A stretch of 26,838 nt of DNA from IMG/VR virus record IMGVR_UViG_2537562220_000008, one strand, 5' to 3'. The translations under genes and the position numbers were made by a program. The notes under the pieces are model-generated. The model was given only the letters and a program-made list of their open reading frames with translations, was not told the origin of the DNA and ran no database searches. Origin of the DNA: a virus (taxonomy: Duplodnaviria > Heunggongvirae > Uroviricota > Caudoviricetes). This document shows, piece by piece, positions 8,361 to 16,779 of the stretch (positions are counted from its first letter, which is position 1; each line of letters starts with the position of its first letter).

Positions 8361-9244
8361 CACACACTCCTCGTCAGTATTCTGGCGGCCATTGCACTTA
8401 ATCCCGGAGACATGCGGTTGAATGCTGTTCCGACGGCGTTAAGCTGCCCGGAAACGGTATCCAGAGCACCTGCAATATTTCTTTTGTCCACACCACTCAG
8501 CGCAGACTGTGCCTGCTGTACATACGTGGCTGCTTCGCTGGCTGTTCTGGCCAGACTGATGGCATCGGGCATGGATTCAGAGAGTGCGTTAAACGCCGGA
8601 ACACTTTTCCCCAGAGCCCCGGAGATATTACCCAGTCCGCTCATCAGCCCCGGCACACGGGTCAGTGCGACAACGGGGTTATCCTTCATTTTCTGTGTCA
8701 CCCGAACGGCGCTGATAGTGGTCTGGAGTACAGACTGCGCCTGTTTCGCATAGTTGACGCCGTTGCGGATGAACTGCGCCACCCCGGAAGGTGAAGGAAT
8801 GGCACCGGAGACCGCCCCGACACCCGGGAGCTTCGTGCGTATTGCCGGTGGTTGCAGAGGATTTTTCGGGTCACCGGTGTATTCCCGGAGAGACACGGTG
8901 GCACTGACAGCCAGCACGTTGCCGATACTGTCAGTCTGCTCGCTGGTTGCAGTCACATCGGTAATCACGAACCAGCCGCGATAGTCACCGTTGCCGAAGA
9001 CCAGCGCCAGTGCCTGATGGGCTTTCATGGCTGTTCGCAGTCTCGCCAGCTCCACATCGGGTACACAATAATGCTGATGGAAAACCAGAGTTATCTGGAT
9101 TTCGTCCAGCCTGTCGCCGACGAACTGCAGGCCAGGCTTACCCCCGATGCGGGCATGCTCCGCATAATCGACGCCGAACGTGGCCTCGAAGCCGTCCCAG
9201 TAGGTAATCAGCTCAAACTCAATATCACCCAGTACGGCAAACAT
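8360..9244 (-). CDS. Tail protein, P2 gpU-like / Mu N (DNA circularisation)-like
   Basis: 294-aa ORF immediately downstream of the tape measure (ATGA overlap); N-terminal region (...GKPGLQFVGDRLDEIQITLVF...) resembles gpU-type tail proteins as I recall them. Confidence 0.5.
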   Translation of the reverse strand: MFAVLGDIEFELITYWDGFEATFGVDYAEHARIGGKPGLQFVGDRLDEIQITLVFHQHYCVPDVELARLRTAMKAHQALALVFGNGDYRGWFVITDVTATSEQTDSIGNVLAVSATVSLREYTGDPKNPLQPPAIRTKLPGVGAVSGAIPSPSGVAQFIRNGVNYAKQAQSVLQTTISAVRVTQKMKDNPVVALTRVPGLMSGLGNISGALGKSVPAFNALSESMPDAISLARTASEAATYVQQAQSALSGVDKRNIAGALDTVSGQLNAVGTAFNRMSPGLSAMAARILTRSV

Positions 9245-12200
9245 CAGCGGTACTCCTTACGTTGTTTCTGAGCAAGCAGACGCTCCAGCATTTTTTCCAG
9301 CTCATGCAGACTCATATTCAGGGCACCAGTCAGTCCTGCAGGCGCTGTGGTTTCCCTGCCATTGAGGAAAAACTGAGGATTAAAGCTGACCTGGATACCA
9401 CCAGACGTTCCACCGCCGGTTGCAGCTGCACCACGGCCTGAATATCCGGCAGCCAGGATTTCAGGCGAGGGGATACGGGGAACATCCGGTGTCATCTCAT
9501 TTGCCAGACGTTGCCCTGGTAAAATCGATGCCCGGGTGGAGAGCGGAATAGCGGGCATGGAAGACAAACTATTGATTACGGCTCCGATCGCATTTTTAGC
9601 AGACGACATAAACCCATTGATATCGGGCAACGGCATACTGAAGCGAACACCTGAAGTGTTATCCCGTATTTCTGGCCCCTGAATGCTCACGGGCATTTTG
9701 GGGAGCAGTTCACTGGCCATTCGCTGCCCGGCCAGAGCTGCAAGCGGAGTGGTCCGCTGCAGGCCAATGGCGGCCCCCTGCGCGATATTGTCACCAAAGC
9801 CCATAAACACGCGGCTCGGCGAATGAATGCCCAGCTTTTCGCTGAACCAGCCACTGATGCTGTCGCCCATTCCGGTTACACTGGATTTGAGCGACTCCCA
9901 TTTGTTTTTGATACCGTTAATCAGACCATCGACAAGATGGCCACCGAAGTCGGTAAACTTTGCCGGCAGATCAACACCAAGATATTTCAGCGCAGCTGCA
10001 AAGGCTTTATAGAGCAGACCTGCCGGCGACCAGTTAATCAGCAGCTTACCAGTTCCCGCGATACCGCCGTTAAAGGCTTCCTGAATGTCAGCCCAGCACT
10101 GTTTAAACCAGCTACTGATGCTGTCACCCATTCCGGTTACACTGGATTTGAGCGACCCCCATTTGTTTTTGATACCGTTAATCAGACCGTCGATAAGATG
10201 GCCACCGAAGTCGGTGAACTTTGCCGGCAGAGTAACGCCGAAATATTTCAGCGCAGCCGCAAAGGCTTTATAGAGCAGGCCTGCCGGCGACCAGTTAATC
10301 AGCAACTTACCAGTTCCCACAATGCCGCCGTTAAAGGCTTCCTGAATGTCAGCCCAGCGCTGTTTAAACCAGCTACTGATGCTGTCACCCATTCCGGTTA
10401 CACTGGATTTGAGCGACCCCCATTTGCTTTTGATACCGTTAATCAGACCGTCGATAAGATGGCCACCGAAGTCGGTGAACTTTGCCGGCAGAGCAACGCC
10501 GAAATATTTCAGCGCAGCCGCAAAGGCTTTATAGAGCAGGCCTGCCGGCGACCAGTTAATCAGCAACTTACCAGTTCCCACAATGCCGCCGTTAAAGGCT
10601 TCCTGAATGTCAGCCCAGCGCTGTTTAAACCAACCACTGACAGCCCCCCAGTTGCGGTAGATAAGGTAAGCTGCTGCCGCGACAGCGGTGATAACGAGAC
10701 CGATGGGATTCATCATCAGCGCTCGCCCAATCCAGAGAACGGCACGTGCAGCGCTCATAAAACCGCGAACGAGGCTGCCCGCCAGAACTTTGCTGAGTTT
10801 CAGTCCTCCGCTGGTCAGTCGGCTGAATCCAGTGACAAGCCAGCGTAATTTGCCACCTTCTCCGAGTGCGGTAGTCAGTCGATGCCAGTTGGTCCGGAGT
10901 AAAACAGCATTTTTCCAGACACTTACAAAGGGGGAAATAAGGAGATTCAGCCCCAGTTTGAGACCAACAGTCGCTATCTTAATCGCAAGGAGCGCACTGA
11001 TGAGCTTAAAAGCCCCACTGACAAATTGCGGGTGAGTCGCTACCCAGTGTTTTGCCCCCTGAATGAGTGGAAGCAGTTCCTGAGTCAAAGAAATAAAAGA
11101 TGGAGCTAATTGATCGCCCAGCGTAATTGCCAGATCGCGACTGCTGACCATAAGTGTTTTAGTGGCTTCAAGGGGAGATTTCAGTCGCTGATCGTAAGCA
11201 CTGGCAAGCAAATCGTTATCCGCAGCCCTGAGAGCACCGGCACGGATCTCTCGATATCTGTCCATGTTGGCCAGCATCGGGCGGATAAATGCCATGACCT
11301 GCATATCCGCGAACATATCACCCAGACCAAAGTTTTTCGCCAGAGCCTGAAGTGCCTCATCTCTTGCCGTATCATTCTTTATTTTCATGGCGGATTTGAA
11401 GCCGGCCAGCGCTTCGGGGCTTTTGGCATTGAGGTAACGTTCTATAACACTCAACATCCCTTCAATCGGAGAGATCCCCGCAGCCTTATAACTCGCAATA
11501 GATCCCTGCAAATCAATACCCAGATCAGCAAACTGTTTCTGAGTATCGCGGGCAAAAATTTTGGTAAGAAAGTTTTTAAAATTATTGGCTGCTTCGTCGG
11601 TGGAACCTGCACCGATTTTTGCTATCTGGAGACTGGCCCCGATTTCAGCAACAGCCTCTTTTCCACTGGCAATACCCGCCATCATTGGGGCCAGGGACTG
11701 CATCCACTTGACCTGATCCGGGATTTCAAATGACCCCTGGTCACCGGCATAAGCCATAATATTCTGAACGGCACCAAAATCTCTGGCCGCACCTTTCAGG
11801 GAGTTTTGCCAGACTGCGGCCACTTTTGCCCAGTCCTGAGCAGACGTGCGTGTTGCCGTTGCCGCGCGGGCAATATCCGGCATCAGAAAACCGATATCTG
11901 ACACATTATCAATATTGTCGCTGATGAGTGAACCCACCGCCTCCTGCAGCTCATCCTGATACTGATTGTATTTAAGCGCCCAGCCTTTTATCTGTCCGGC
12001 AAGTGCATCCCGCGTTTTATTGTCATATTTTGCGGTGATCGACATATCAATCATTTTGTCCTGAAAAGACATGGACTGCTGAACGGCAGGGGAAACCGTA
12101 TGATAAACAGTCTGTGCCATGCCATACGCTTCAATCCCCTGACCATACAGCGCCATGCGGTTAGCTTTCAGCGCATCACTGGTAGCGGATGCCGCTGACA

Positions 12201-12456
12201 GACGGCGCTGCTGGCGCTCAATTTGCTCCATGGTGCGGCTTACCCGCAGCAGCTCGCTGTTGAGATGCTGCATCCGGGAAGAACCCAGTTGACCATAACG
12301 TTCTGTTGCACGGGTTAAAGCGTTCTGACGTTCCTGCAGGCGGCGTGAGGTATCGCTCAGGGAATCAAGCGCACGGCGGGGACCGCTCATTGCAGAACGG
12401 AATGTGCTGCCAATCATCCCGCCGATAACAACGCCGACTGAAAACTGTCCCGACAT
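9244..12456 (-). CDS. Tail tape measure protein
   Basis: 1070-aa ORF, the largest in the cluster, helix-rich, downstream of the tail chaperone gene and containing internal tandem repeats; ATG at 12456 preceded by GGAGG. Confidence 0.85.
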   Translation of the reverse strand: MSGQFSVGVVIGGMIGSTFRSAMSGPRRALDSLSDTSRRLQERQNALTRATERYGQLGSSRMQHLNSELLRVSRTMEQIERQQRRLSAASATSDALKANRMALYGQGIEAYGMAQTVYHTVSPAVQQSMSFQDKMIDMSITAKYDNKTRDALAGQIKGWALKYNQYQDELQEAVGSLISDNIDNVSDIGFLMPDIARAATATRTSAQDWAKVAAVWQNSLKGAARDFGAVQNIMAYAGDQGSFEIPDQVKWMQSLAPMMAGIASGKEAVAEIGASLQIAKIGAGSTDEAANNFKNFLTKIFARDTQKQFADLGIDLQGSIASYKAAGISPIEGMLSVIERYLNAKSPEALAGFKSAMKIKNDTARDEALQALAKNFGLGDMFADMQVMAFIRPMLANMDRYREIRAGALRAADNDLLASAYDQRLKSPLEATKTLMVSSRDLAITLGDQLAPSFISLTQELLPLIQGAKHWVATHPQFVSGAFKLISALLAIKIATVGLKLGLNLLISPFVSVWKNAVLLRTNWHRLTTALGEGGKLRWLVTGFSRLTSGGLKLSKVLAGSLVRGFMSAARAVLWIGRALMMNPIGLVITAVAAAAYLIYRNWGAVSGWFKQRWADIQEAFNGGIVGTGKLLINWSPAGLLYKAFAAALKYFGVALPAKFTDFGGHLIDGLINGIKSKWGSLKSSVTGMGDSISSWFKQRWADIQEAFNGGIVGTGKLLINWSPAGLLYKAFAAALKYFGVTLPAKFTDFGGHLIDGLINGIKNKWGSLKSSVTGMGDSISSWFKQCWADIQEAFNGGIAGTGKLLINWSPAGLLYKAFAAALKYLGVDLPAKFTDFGGHLVDGLINGIKNKWESLKSSVTGMGDSISGWFSEKLGIHSPSRVFMGFGDNIAQGAAIGLQRTTPLAALAGQRMASELLPKMPVSIQGPEIRDNTSGVRFSMPLPDINGFMSSAKNAIGAVINSLSSMPAIPLSTRASILPGQRLANEMTPDVPRIPSPEILAAGYSGRGAAATGGGTSGGIQVSFNPQFFLNGRETTAPAGLTGALNMSLHELEKMLERLLAQKQRKEYR
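9853..10635. repeat. Three tandem 261-bp (87-aa) repeats inside the tape measure gene
   Basis: Protein shows three near-identical units SWFKQRWADIQEAFNGGIVGTGKLLINWSPAGLLYKAFAAALKYFGV.LPAKFTDFGGHLIDGLINGIK.KWGSLKSSVTGMGDSIS; the three near-identical antisense ORFs at 9827, 10085 and 10346 are a by-product. Confidence 0.85.
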
Positions 12457-12505
12457 AGTGGTTAACCTCCGGGGAAGGTGAAAAGACGTGAGGGGATAAC
12501 GCAGA

Positions 12506-12526
12506 ACAGCCGCTACTGGCGGCTGT
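12506..12526 (-). terminator. Stem-loop between chaperone and tape measure genes (possible attenuator or mRNA structure)
   Basis: ACAGCCGC-TACTG-GCGGCTGT: 8-bp perfect stem with 5-nt loop, between the chaperone stop (12532) and the tape measure start (12456); only a weak U-tract follows. Confidence 0.3.
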
Positions 12527-12531
12527 CTGTA

Positions 12532-12640
12532 CTATGATTTGTCGCCGTACTCGCTTTTGATTTGCTCTTCAGCCTGCTCCAGCCACATCTCCAGATCGTC
12601 AGTATCGAGGGCATCAATCTCCCCCGGCTGAAACCGGAAC
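12532..12640 (-). CDS. Tail chaperone C-terminal extension (E'-like) reached by an apparent +1 frameshift
   Basis: The +1 frame continues past the chaperone stop into a well-formed acidic segment ...QPGEIDALDTDDLEMWLEQAEEQIKSEYGDKS; upstream of the overlap that frame is implausible, so an independent gene is unlikely. Confidence 0.5.
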
Positions 12641-12949
12641 CATCTCGCCAGCAGCCCCTGCGCCTGCGTCAGCGCCCTGGTTGCTCTCACCCATCCCCGT
12701 GATGAGCTGAAATCGTTTCTGTAACTGCAGGTAATCAGCCAGATCCATATTGTCGAGATCCTCCGGGAGAAGACCAGTACTGCGGGCAATCAGCGGTTCG
12801 TCCCAGTCTGCCGGGTTTTTGCTGATTTTGCGCACCTGCTTCAGGTCTTTTACCGTCAGGCGTTTCAGTTCAACCAGCTCAATTCTGGTGCCTGCAGCAG
12901 TGGTGAAGGGATAAGACAATTTAAAAGTATCGGATGGGGTCTGTGACAT
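12614..12949 (-). CDS. Tail assembly chaperone (P2 gpE-like)
   Basis: 111-aa ORF directly upstream of the tape measure with an overlapping downstream frame; ATG at 12949 preceded by AGGAG. Confidence 0.7.
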   Translation of the reverse strand: MSQTPSDTFKLSYPFTTAAGTRIELVELKRLTVKDLKQVRKISKNPADWDEPLIARSTGLLPEDLDNMDLADYLQLQKRFQLITGMGESNQGADAGAGAAGEMVPVSAGGD

Positions 12950-13024
12950 GATTGTGCTCCTGTGTAAGTTCAGGGCAGTATGTCGGGAGAAGCGCGTGAC
13001 GGATATTAAAGGAGATTAAGAAGA

Positions 13025-13040
13025 AGGGGCCGGAGCCCCT
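13025..13040 (-). terminator. Candidate intrinsic terminator after the small ORF
   Basis: AGGGGC-CGGA-GCCCCT hairpin (GC-rich stem) immediately after the stop at 13047, followed on the minus strand by UCUUCUUAAUCUCC. Confidence 0.45.
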
Positions 13041-13046
13041 GTGATG

Positions 13047-13328
13047 TCAGCAAGTGCGAAACCCCTTGCAGTTACGCAGGAAAGCGATGAGAAGCGTCTT
13101 TCCCTCAGATTTGCCGATGCCGGAGAACCAGTGGTCGGGAGGCTCCCATGCTTCAATCAAATCCGCCAGTTTGCGGGCCTTTGAACGTGTGCAGTCAATC
13201 GGGTCATTGGTTTTACGGGTATTAAAAAGGGTTTCCACCCCCGGAATATCAAGGAGGGTAAACCACGTACCATTTGACATGCCCAGTGCCGCACATCGTC
13301 CTCCTTTATCCGTCAGTTCAACACTCAC
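13047..13328 (-). CDS. Hypothetical protein (no family recognised), between tail tube and chaperone genes
   Basis: 93-codon ORF with a GTG start 2 nt after the tube stop and followed by a hairpin; an antisense ORF (13054-13347) also exists, so coding status is uncertain. Confidence 0.35.
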   Translation of the reverse strand: MSVELTDKGGRCAALGMSNGTWFTLLDIPGVETLFNTRKTNDPIDCTRSKARKLADLIEAWEPPDHWFSGIGKSEGKTLLIAFLRNCKGFRTC

Positions 13329-13330
13329 CG

Positions 13331-13852
13331 TCAGCCCCCGATATTGATACGGTAGTCAGTCAGTTGATCAACACCGCCGACCCGGAAGATGTTGGCCAGA
13401 TAGTCCAGTTGCAGCAGCTCTTCCCCATCCAGTACCTGTCTGATATACGTGCAGGTGAAGCTACTGGAGAACTCGGCGTTCTCGTGCTGTTTGAACGTCC
13501 CCAGCGGGTTCTTCTTGAACATAATCGTCAGGAAGGTGACCAGCGGGATTTCGTCAATCAGCCCCTGCGAGCTGTAGCGCTGGACGCTGGAACGACACTG
13601 CAGTGCCAGCGACCTGTACGGGTTCGCGGCAGACAGCATCGCATCGCGGTAAAAGCTGTTCCATTTGATTTCGCCTTCCAGTTTGTCAAAACCAGCCGGG
13701 AGTTCCACCTTACCCACCATCCCCAGCGCCTTGTGTTCCTGCATAATCATGGAGACATCGGGGAGTTTAACTTCCTCAGCCCGTCCCAGCAGGTTAGTAC
13801 CATCCAGATAGATGTTGGCATTCGTGATGCGGTTTATCTCAATCTTTGACAT
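13331..13852 (-). CDS. Tail tube protein (P2 FII / Mu M-like)
   Basis: 173-aa ORF immediately downstream of the sheath gene (ATGA overlap), the canonical sheath-tube order. Confidence 0.75.
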   Translation of the reverse strand: MSKIEINRITNANIYLDGTNLLGRAEEVKLPDVSMIMQEHKALGMVGKVELPAGFDKLEGEIKWNSFYRDAMLSAANPYRSLALQCRSSVQRYSSQGLIDEIPLVTFLTIMFKKNPLGTFKQHENAEFSSSFTCTYIRQVLDGEELLQLDYLANIFRVGGVDQLTDYRINIGG

Positions 13853-15279
13853 CAGTTGCCCCCTTTCAGGGTTAACAGGTATTCCGAGGTGATCTCAGTC
13901 TCAAACGTCAGTCGCTCCAGCGGCGGTGGTGGCGTATATTTGTAGCTCAGCAACAGGTGCCCGGCGGCCAGCTCCGTCTCCGGATTGCGGGCCGGATCAA
14001 ACCAGCAACGGAAGCCCAGTACCGCACCATCACCAGTCATTTTGCGACCGTAGGCGTTGACCGACTCCGTCAGTGCATCAATCAGCGCCTGAGTAATCGG
14101 CATGTCGATGTACTGCTGGCTGAAATAACGAATGGACTCGTTGATCACATCACCGGTGCGGCGAACGTTCTCAAAGTTACGCATATGGGTGACCGTTGGC
14201 CATGCTGCCGTCCGGTTACCCCACAGACGAAGGCCGCTGCCGTAACTGCTGAATACCGTGGTGATCCCCTGTTCGTTAAGCAGGTTCACCTCACTCTGCG
14301 GGTCATCAATCATCGCGGACAGCTGGCGCTCCACGCCGGTGATCCCCAGAATCTCCTGATTGGAGGATGACCACCAGTAGCCCTTGTCCAGATCGACTCT
14401 GGCACGCAGACCTGCTGCACGCTGGCTGAGCGGCTCCAGACGCTCTGTGTTTGTCACCGGGTCATATACCTTCACATGCGGATAGCACAGACGGACGCGG
14501 TCGGAGCTGGTATTGAAGTTGATGGTGCCTTCCGGGCCACGACCTGCCAGAGCCTGTGCAAAGGTGGTACCGACAGGCGCATCAATGTAGGTTACCGCGC
14601 CCAGCTTCTCTGCCATGGCGATAAGCTCAACTGCGACACTCTTCTGGGTGCAGAACACCGGCGCAATCAGAATTTTGGCGAAATAGCCGTACAGGTTGAA
14701 GCTGTCGTTAAGCAGCTTCATGCCGGTTCGGTTTCCGGCGCTGTTCACCCCGCCGATGATGTCCGCCGCAGTCACCTTCGACGGGTCCGCGTACTCATAG
14801 CTCACCTTCACGCTGCCACCGGCCTCAATAGCCTTGCCCAGGTTCGTGAGCACACCCGCCTGCGCATCAACACGGTAGTCCGTGTTCGCCGTGTGGGTGG
14901 TGCTGCCTTCACTGTTTTTCACCACCACATTAGCGACAACCGGATGCGCCAGTCTGGCCTGCCCTGTCGATTTGTCAAAGGTAACCACCTCATCCTCGAT
15001 CGCCGTTTTATGTTTCGCCGGGTCGAGGACGTTAATGACCAGAACGGTGCCTGCACCATGGTCATAAATCGCATCCAGCGCCTGCGGAATGGTAAAGCCG
15101 GTGAACTGGCTGCCAAATGCCGCTGCGTCTTTCTCAGACAGGCACTGTACCAGCGTATTGACATCCCCCATCGGGGCGGTACCAATCAGGCCAATAACGG
15201 CAGATTTCACCGTTTTAACCGGGCGGGCACCGTTTTCCACCTCAATGGTTTCGGGACCATGCAGATAGTTAGCTGCCAT
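13852..15279 (-). CDS. Contractile tail sheath protein (P2 FI / Mu L-like)
   Basis: 475-aa ORF; ATG at 15279 preceded by GGAGG; size and position typical of sheath proteins. Confidence 0.8.
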   Translation of the reverse strand: MAANYLHGPETIEVENGARPVKTVKSAVIGLIGTAPMGDVNTLVQCLSEKDAAAFGSQFTGFTIPQALDAIYDHGAGTVLVINVLDPAKHKTAIEDEVVTFDKSTGQARLAHPVVANVVVKNSEGSTTHTANTDYRVDAQAGVLTNLGKAIEAGGSVKVSYEYADPSKVTAADIIGGVNSAGNRTGMKLLNDSFNLYGYFAKILIAPVFCTQKSVAVELIAMAEKLGAVTYIDAPVGTTFAQALAGRGPEGTINFNTSSDRVRLCYPHVKVYDPVTNTERLEPLSQRAAGLRARVDLDKGYWWSSSNQEILGITGVERQLSAMIDDPQSEVNLLNEQGITTVFSSYGSGLRLWGNRTAAWPTVTHMRNFENVRRTGDVINESIRYFSQQYIDMPITQALIDALTESVNAYGRKMTGDGAVLGFRCWFDPARNPETELAAGHLLLSYKYTPPPPLERLTFETEITSEYLLTLKGGN

Positions 15280-15520
15280 GGGTGTCCTCCGTTTTCACTT
15301 CGCTGTCACTGCTGCTTCTGCGCTTTGGTGACTGCACAGCCGGTGTGCCGGCGGGTTTAGTCTCTTCAGGTACCGGCGTCAGATGTTTCAGCGCCACCAG
15401 TACCTTCACGTAGTCATGCTCCTCCGGCAGGGAAACCGTCTTCCCCGGCCAGAGCAGGATTTCGGTTCCGTCCGACAGCGTGACGCCGCTGGCCGGGCCG
15501 GAATAGCGGTATTCTTTCAT
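15269..15520 (-). CDS. Small phage protein, Mu gp38-like by position
   Basis: 83-aa ORF; ATG at 15520 overlaps the upstream stop (ATGA); lies between the gp37-like gene and the sheath gene. Confidence 0.5.
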   Translation of the reverse strand: MKEYRYSGPASGVTLSDGTEILLWPGKTVSLPEEHDYVKVLVALKHLTPVPEETKPAGTPAVQSPKRRSSSDSEVKTEDTHGS

Positions 15521-15984
15521 CACTCGCTTTCCTCATAGTTCACTTCGGTTAACAGCGGGCCGGACGGTAAATCGCTGTCTTCGATAAAGACGCTTTCAGT
15601 CGCGAAGTCGAGGGCGTACTGCCACAGCCCCCTGACTTCACCGATAAACACCTCGCGGGTCAGCCAGATACGGCGGCGGCAGCCGGGCGGGGTGTGGCCA
15701 CCGAGAATGCGGCGGACAGCATCCAGGACATTAATCGCCCCTTTTTTACCGTTGAGCTGGCGGAAGACCACCGTGACGCAGAGCTGGATAGTCTGAGACT
15801 GGATCACCGCACCGGTATCATCCGGCCTGTCAAAGCGCGAACCGGCATAGCTCAACAGCAACGCGCCAACCGGATGGTTCAGGCGATATTCAGCCGGTTT
15901 CTCCGGGAAGTACTCCACCTGCAGTTGCGGCAGCTTCTCGCGTAACCGGGCCAGTACCGCATCAAGGACGGGCAGAACGTTCAT
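15520..15984 (-). CDS. Head-tail joining / neck protein, Mu gp37-like
   Basis: 154-aa ORF in the head-completion block between the capsid and sheath genes; call is by synteny. Confidence 0.55.
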   Translation of the reverse strand: MNVLPVLDAVLARLREKLPQLQVEYFPEKPAEYRLNHPVGALLLSYAGSRFDRPDDTGAVIQSQTIQLCVTVVFRQLNGKKGAINVLDAVRRILGGHTPPGCRRRIWLTREVFIGEVRGLWQYALDFATESVFIEDSDLPSGPLLTEVNYEESE

Positions 15985-16430
15985 CAGTATTTCTCCAGTA
16001 AACCGTCACGACCGCCGAAAGTAGCCGGGCGACTGCGTACACGAAACTCGCCAGGCTCAGGCACATCTTTCTGAGTGGACGGCAGCCCCAGCGTGAGCCT
16101 GTTATCACGTAACTCCCTGAGTTGCCGCAGCGCTTCTTTGTGGTCATCCTTCACCGTATCCGGGAGGTCACCTTCCGGGCGGCGGGCGTAGAGCCGGTAA
16201 CGGACCAGCGTGATGGCAATGTCCCGCAGAACAGTCGGTATCTCTGCCAGTGGCAGGATATAGCGTCCGCGCAGATGGGCATCAATCAGCTCGTCGGCAT
16301 AGCGGATACAGCTGTCCACCACACGGGTATTCACTGTTGCAGGTGAGTCGAAGTCCATCTCTTCACTGGTGAGCTCGATAAGCGTCCGCTCCGGCACCTG
16401 CGCAAGCAAATCCTCCAGGGTGCAGTACAT
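15984..16430 (-). CDS. Head completion protein, Mu gp36-like
   Basis: 148-aa protein starting MYCTLEDLLAQVPERTLIELT...; ATG at 16430 sits 1 nt after the upstream stop (the ORF-track start at 16592 is an in-frame artefact). Confidence 0.6.
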   Translation of the reverse strand: MYCTLEDLLAQVPERTLIELTSEEMDFDSPATVNTRVVDSCIRYADELIDAHLRGRYILPLAEIPTVLRDIAITLVRYRLYARRPEGDLPDTVKDDHKEALRQLRELRDNRLTLGLPSTQKDVPEPGEFRVRSRPATFGGRDGLLEKY

Positions 16431-16431
16431 G

Positions 16432-16770
16432 TCACACCCCGCGCAGGATACGAATGACGTCGCCTTCACCCCCGGCTTCATCAAGTGCAATACCACAGGA
16501 TTTACCGTCGCCGGACTGCGGCACGGCTCTGGCCTGAGCATCTGACTGAACAGCCACACCACGGCTGACAGCGGCCCCGGCCTCGACAGCAATAATGCCC
16601 AGAACGCTCACCGGCGTGCTGTCGCCGGTAACAGCATCCACTTCGGCAACCCCGAGCGCTGCGGCACCGGCTTTACAGGGGGTATTATCTGCCCCGACAA
16701 AACGCTGCTGTGCCAGTGCTGCCCCTGCCGTTACGGTTGTGATCAGAATGACCTGCTGAGTGGTTCCCAT
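16432..16770 (-). CDS. Small Ala/Gly/Val-rich head protein, Mu gp35-like by position
   Basis: 112-aa ORF immediately downstream of the capsid gene; ATG at 16770 preceded by AAGGAGG. Confidence 0.55.
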   Translation of the reverse strand: MGTTQQVILITTVTAGAALAQQRFVGADNTPCKAGAAALGVAEVDAVTGDSTPVSVLGIIAVEAGAAVSRGVAVQSDAQARAVPQSGDGKSCGIALDEAGGEGDVIRILRGV

Positions 16771-16779
16771 AACGCCTCC

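Noticed and set aside
9853-10635. Possible CRISPR array suggested by regular repeats
   Set aside because: Repeat unit is 261 bp with no unique spacers, lies inside a long ORF and encodes repeated protein units; not CRISPR-like.
9823-10848. 341-aa plus-strand ORF and three near-identical 61/62-aa plus-strand ORFs (9827, 10085, 10346)
   Set aside because: They are antisense to the tape measure gene and exist only because the 261-bp coding repeats happen to be open on the opposite strand; no ribosome-binding sites or independent context.
13054-13347. 97-aa plus-strand ORF (GTG start) overlapping the 93-codon minus ORF
   Set aside because: Antisense to the whole late operon, with no terminator on its own strand; the minus-strand ORF has the better start context (2 nt after the tube stop) and a following hairpin, though neither is certain.
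14476-15360. 294-aa plus-strand ORF
   Set aside because: Antisense to the sheath gene; Arg/His-rich translation, no start context.
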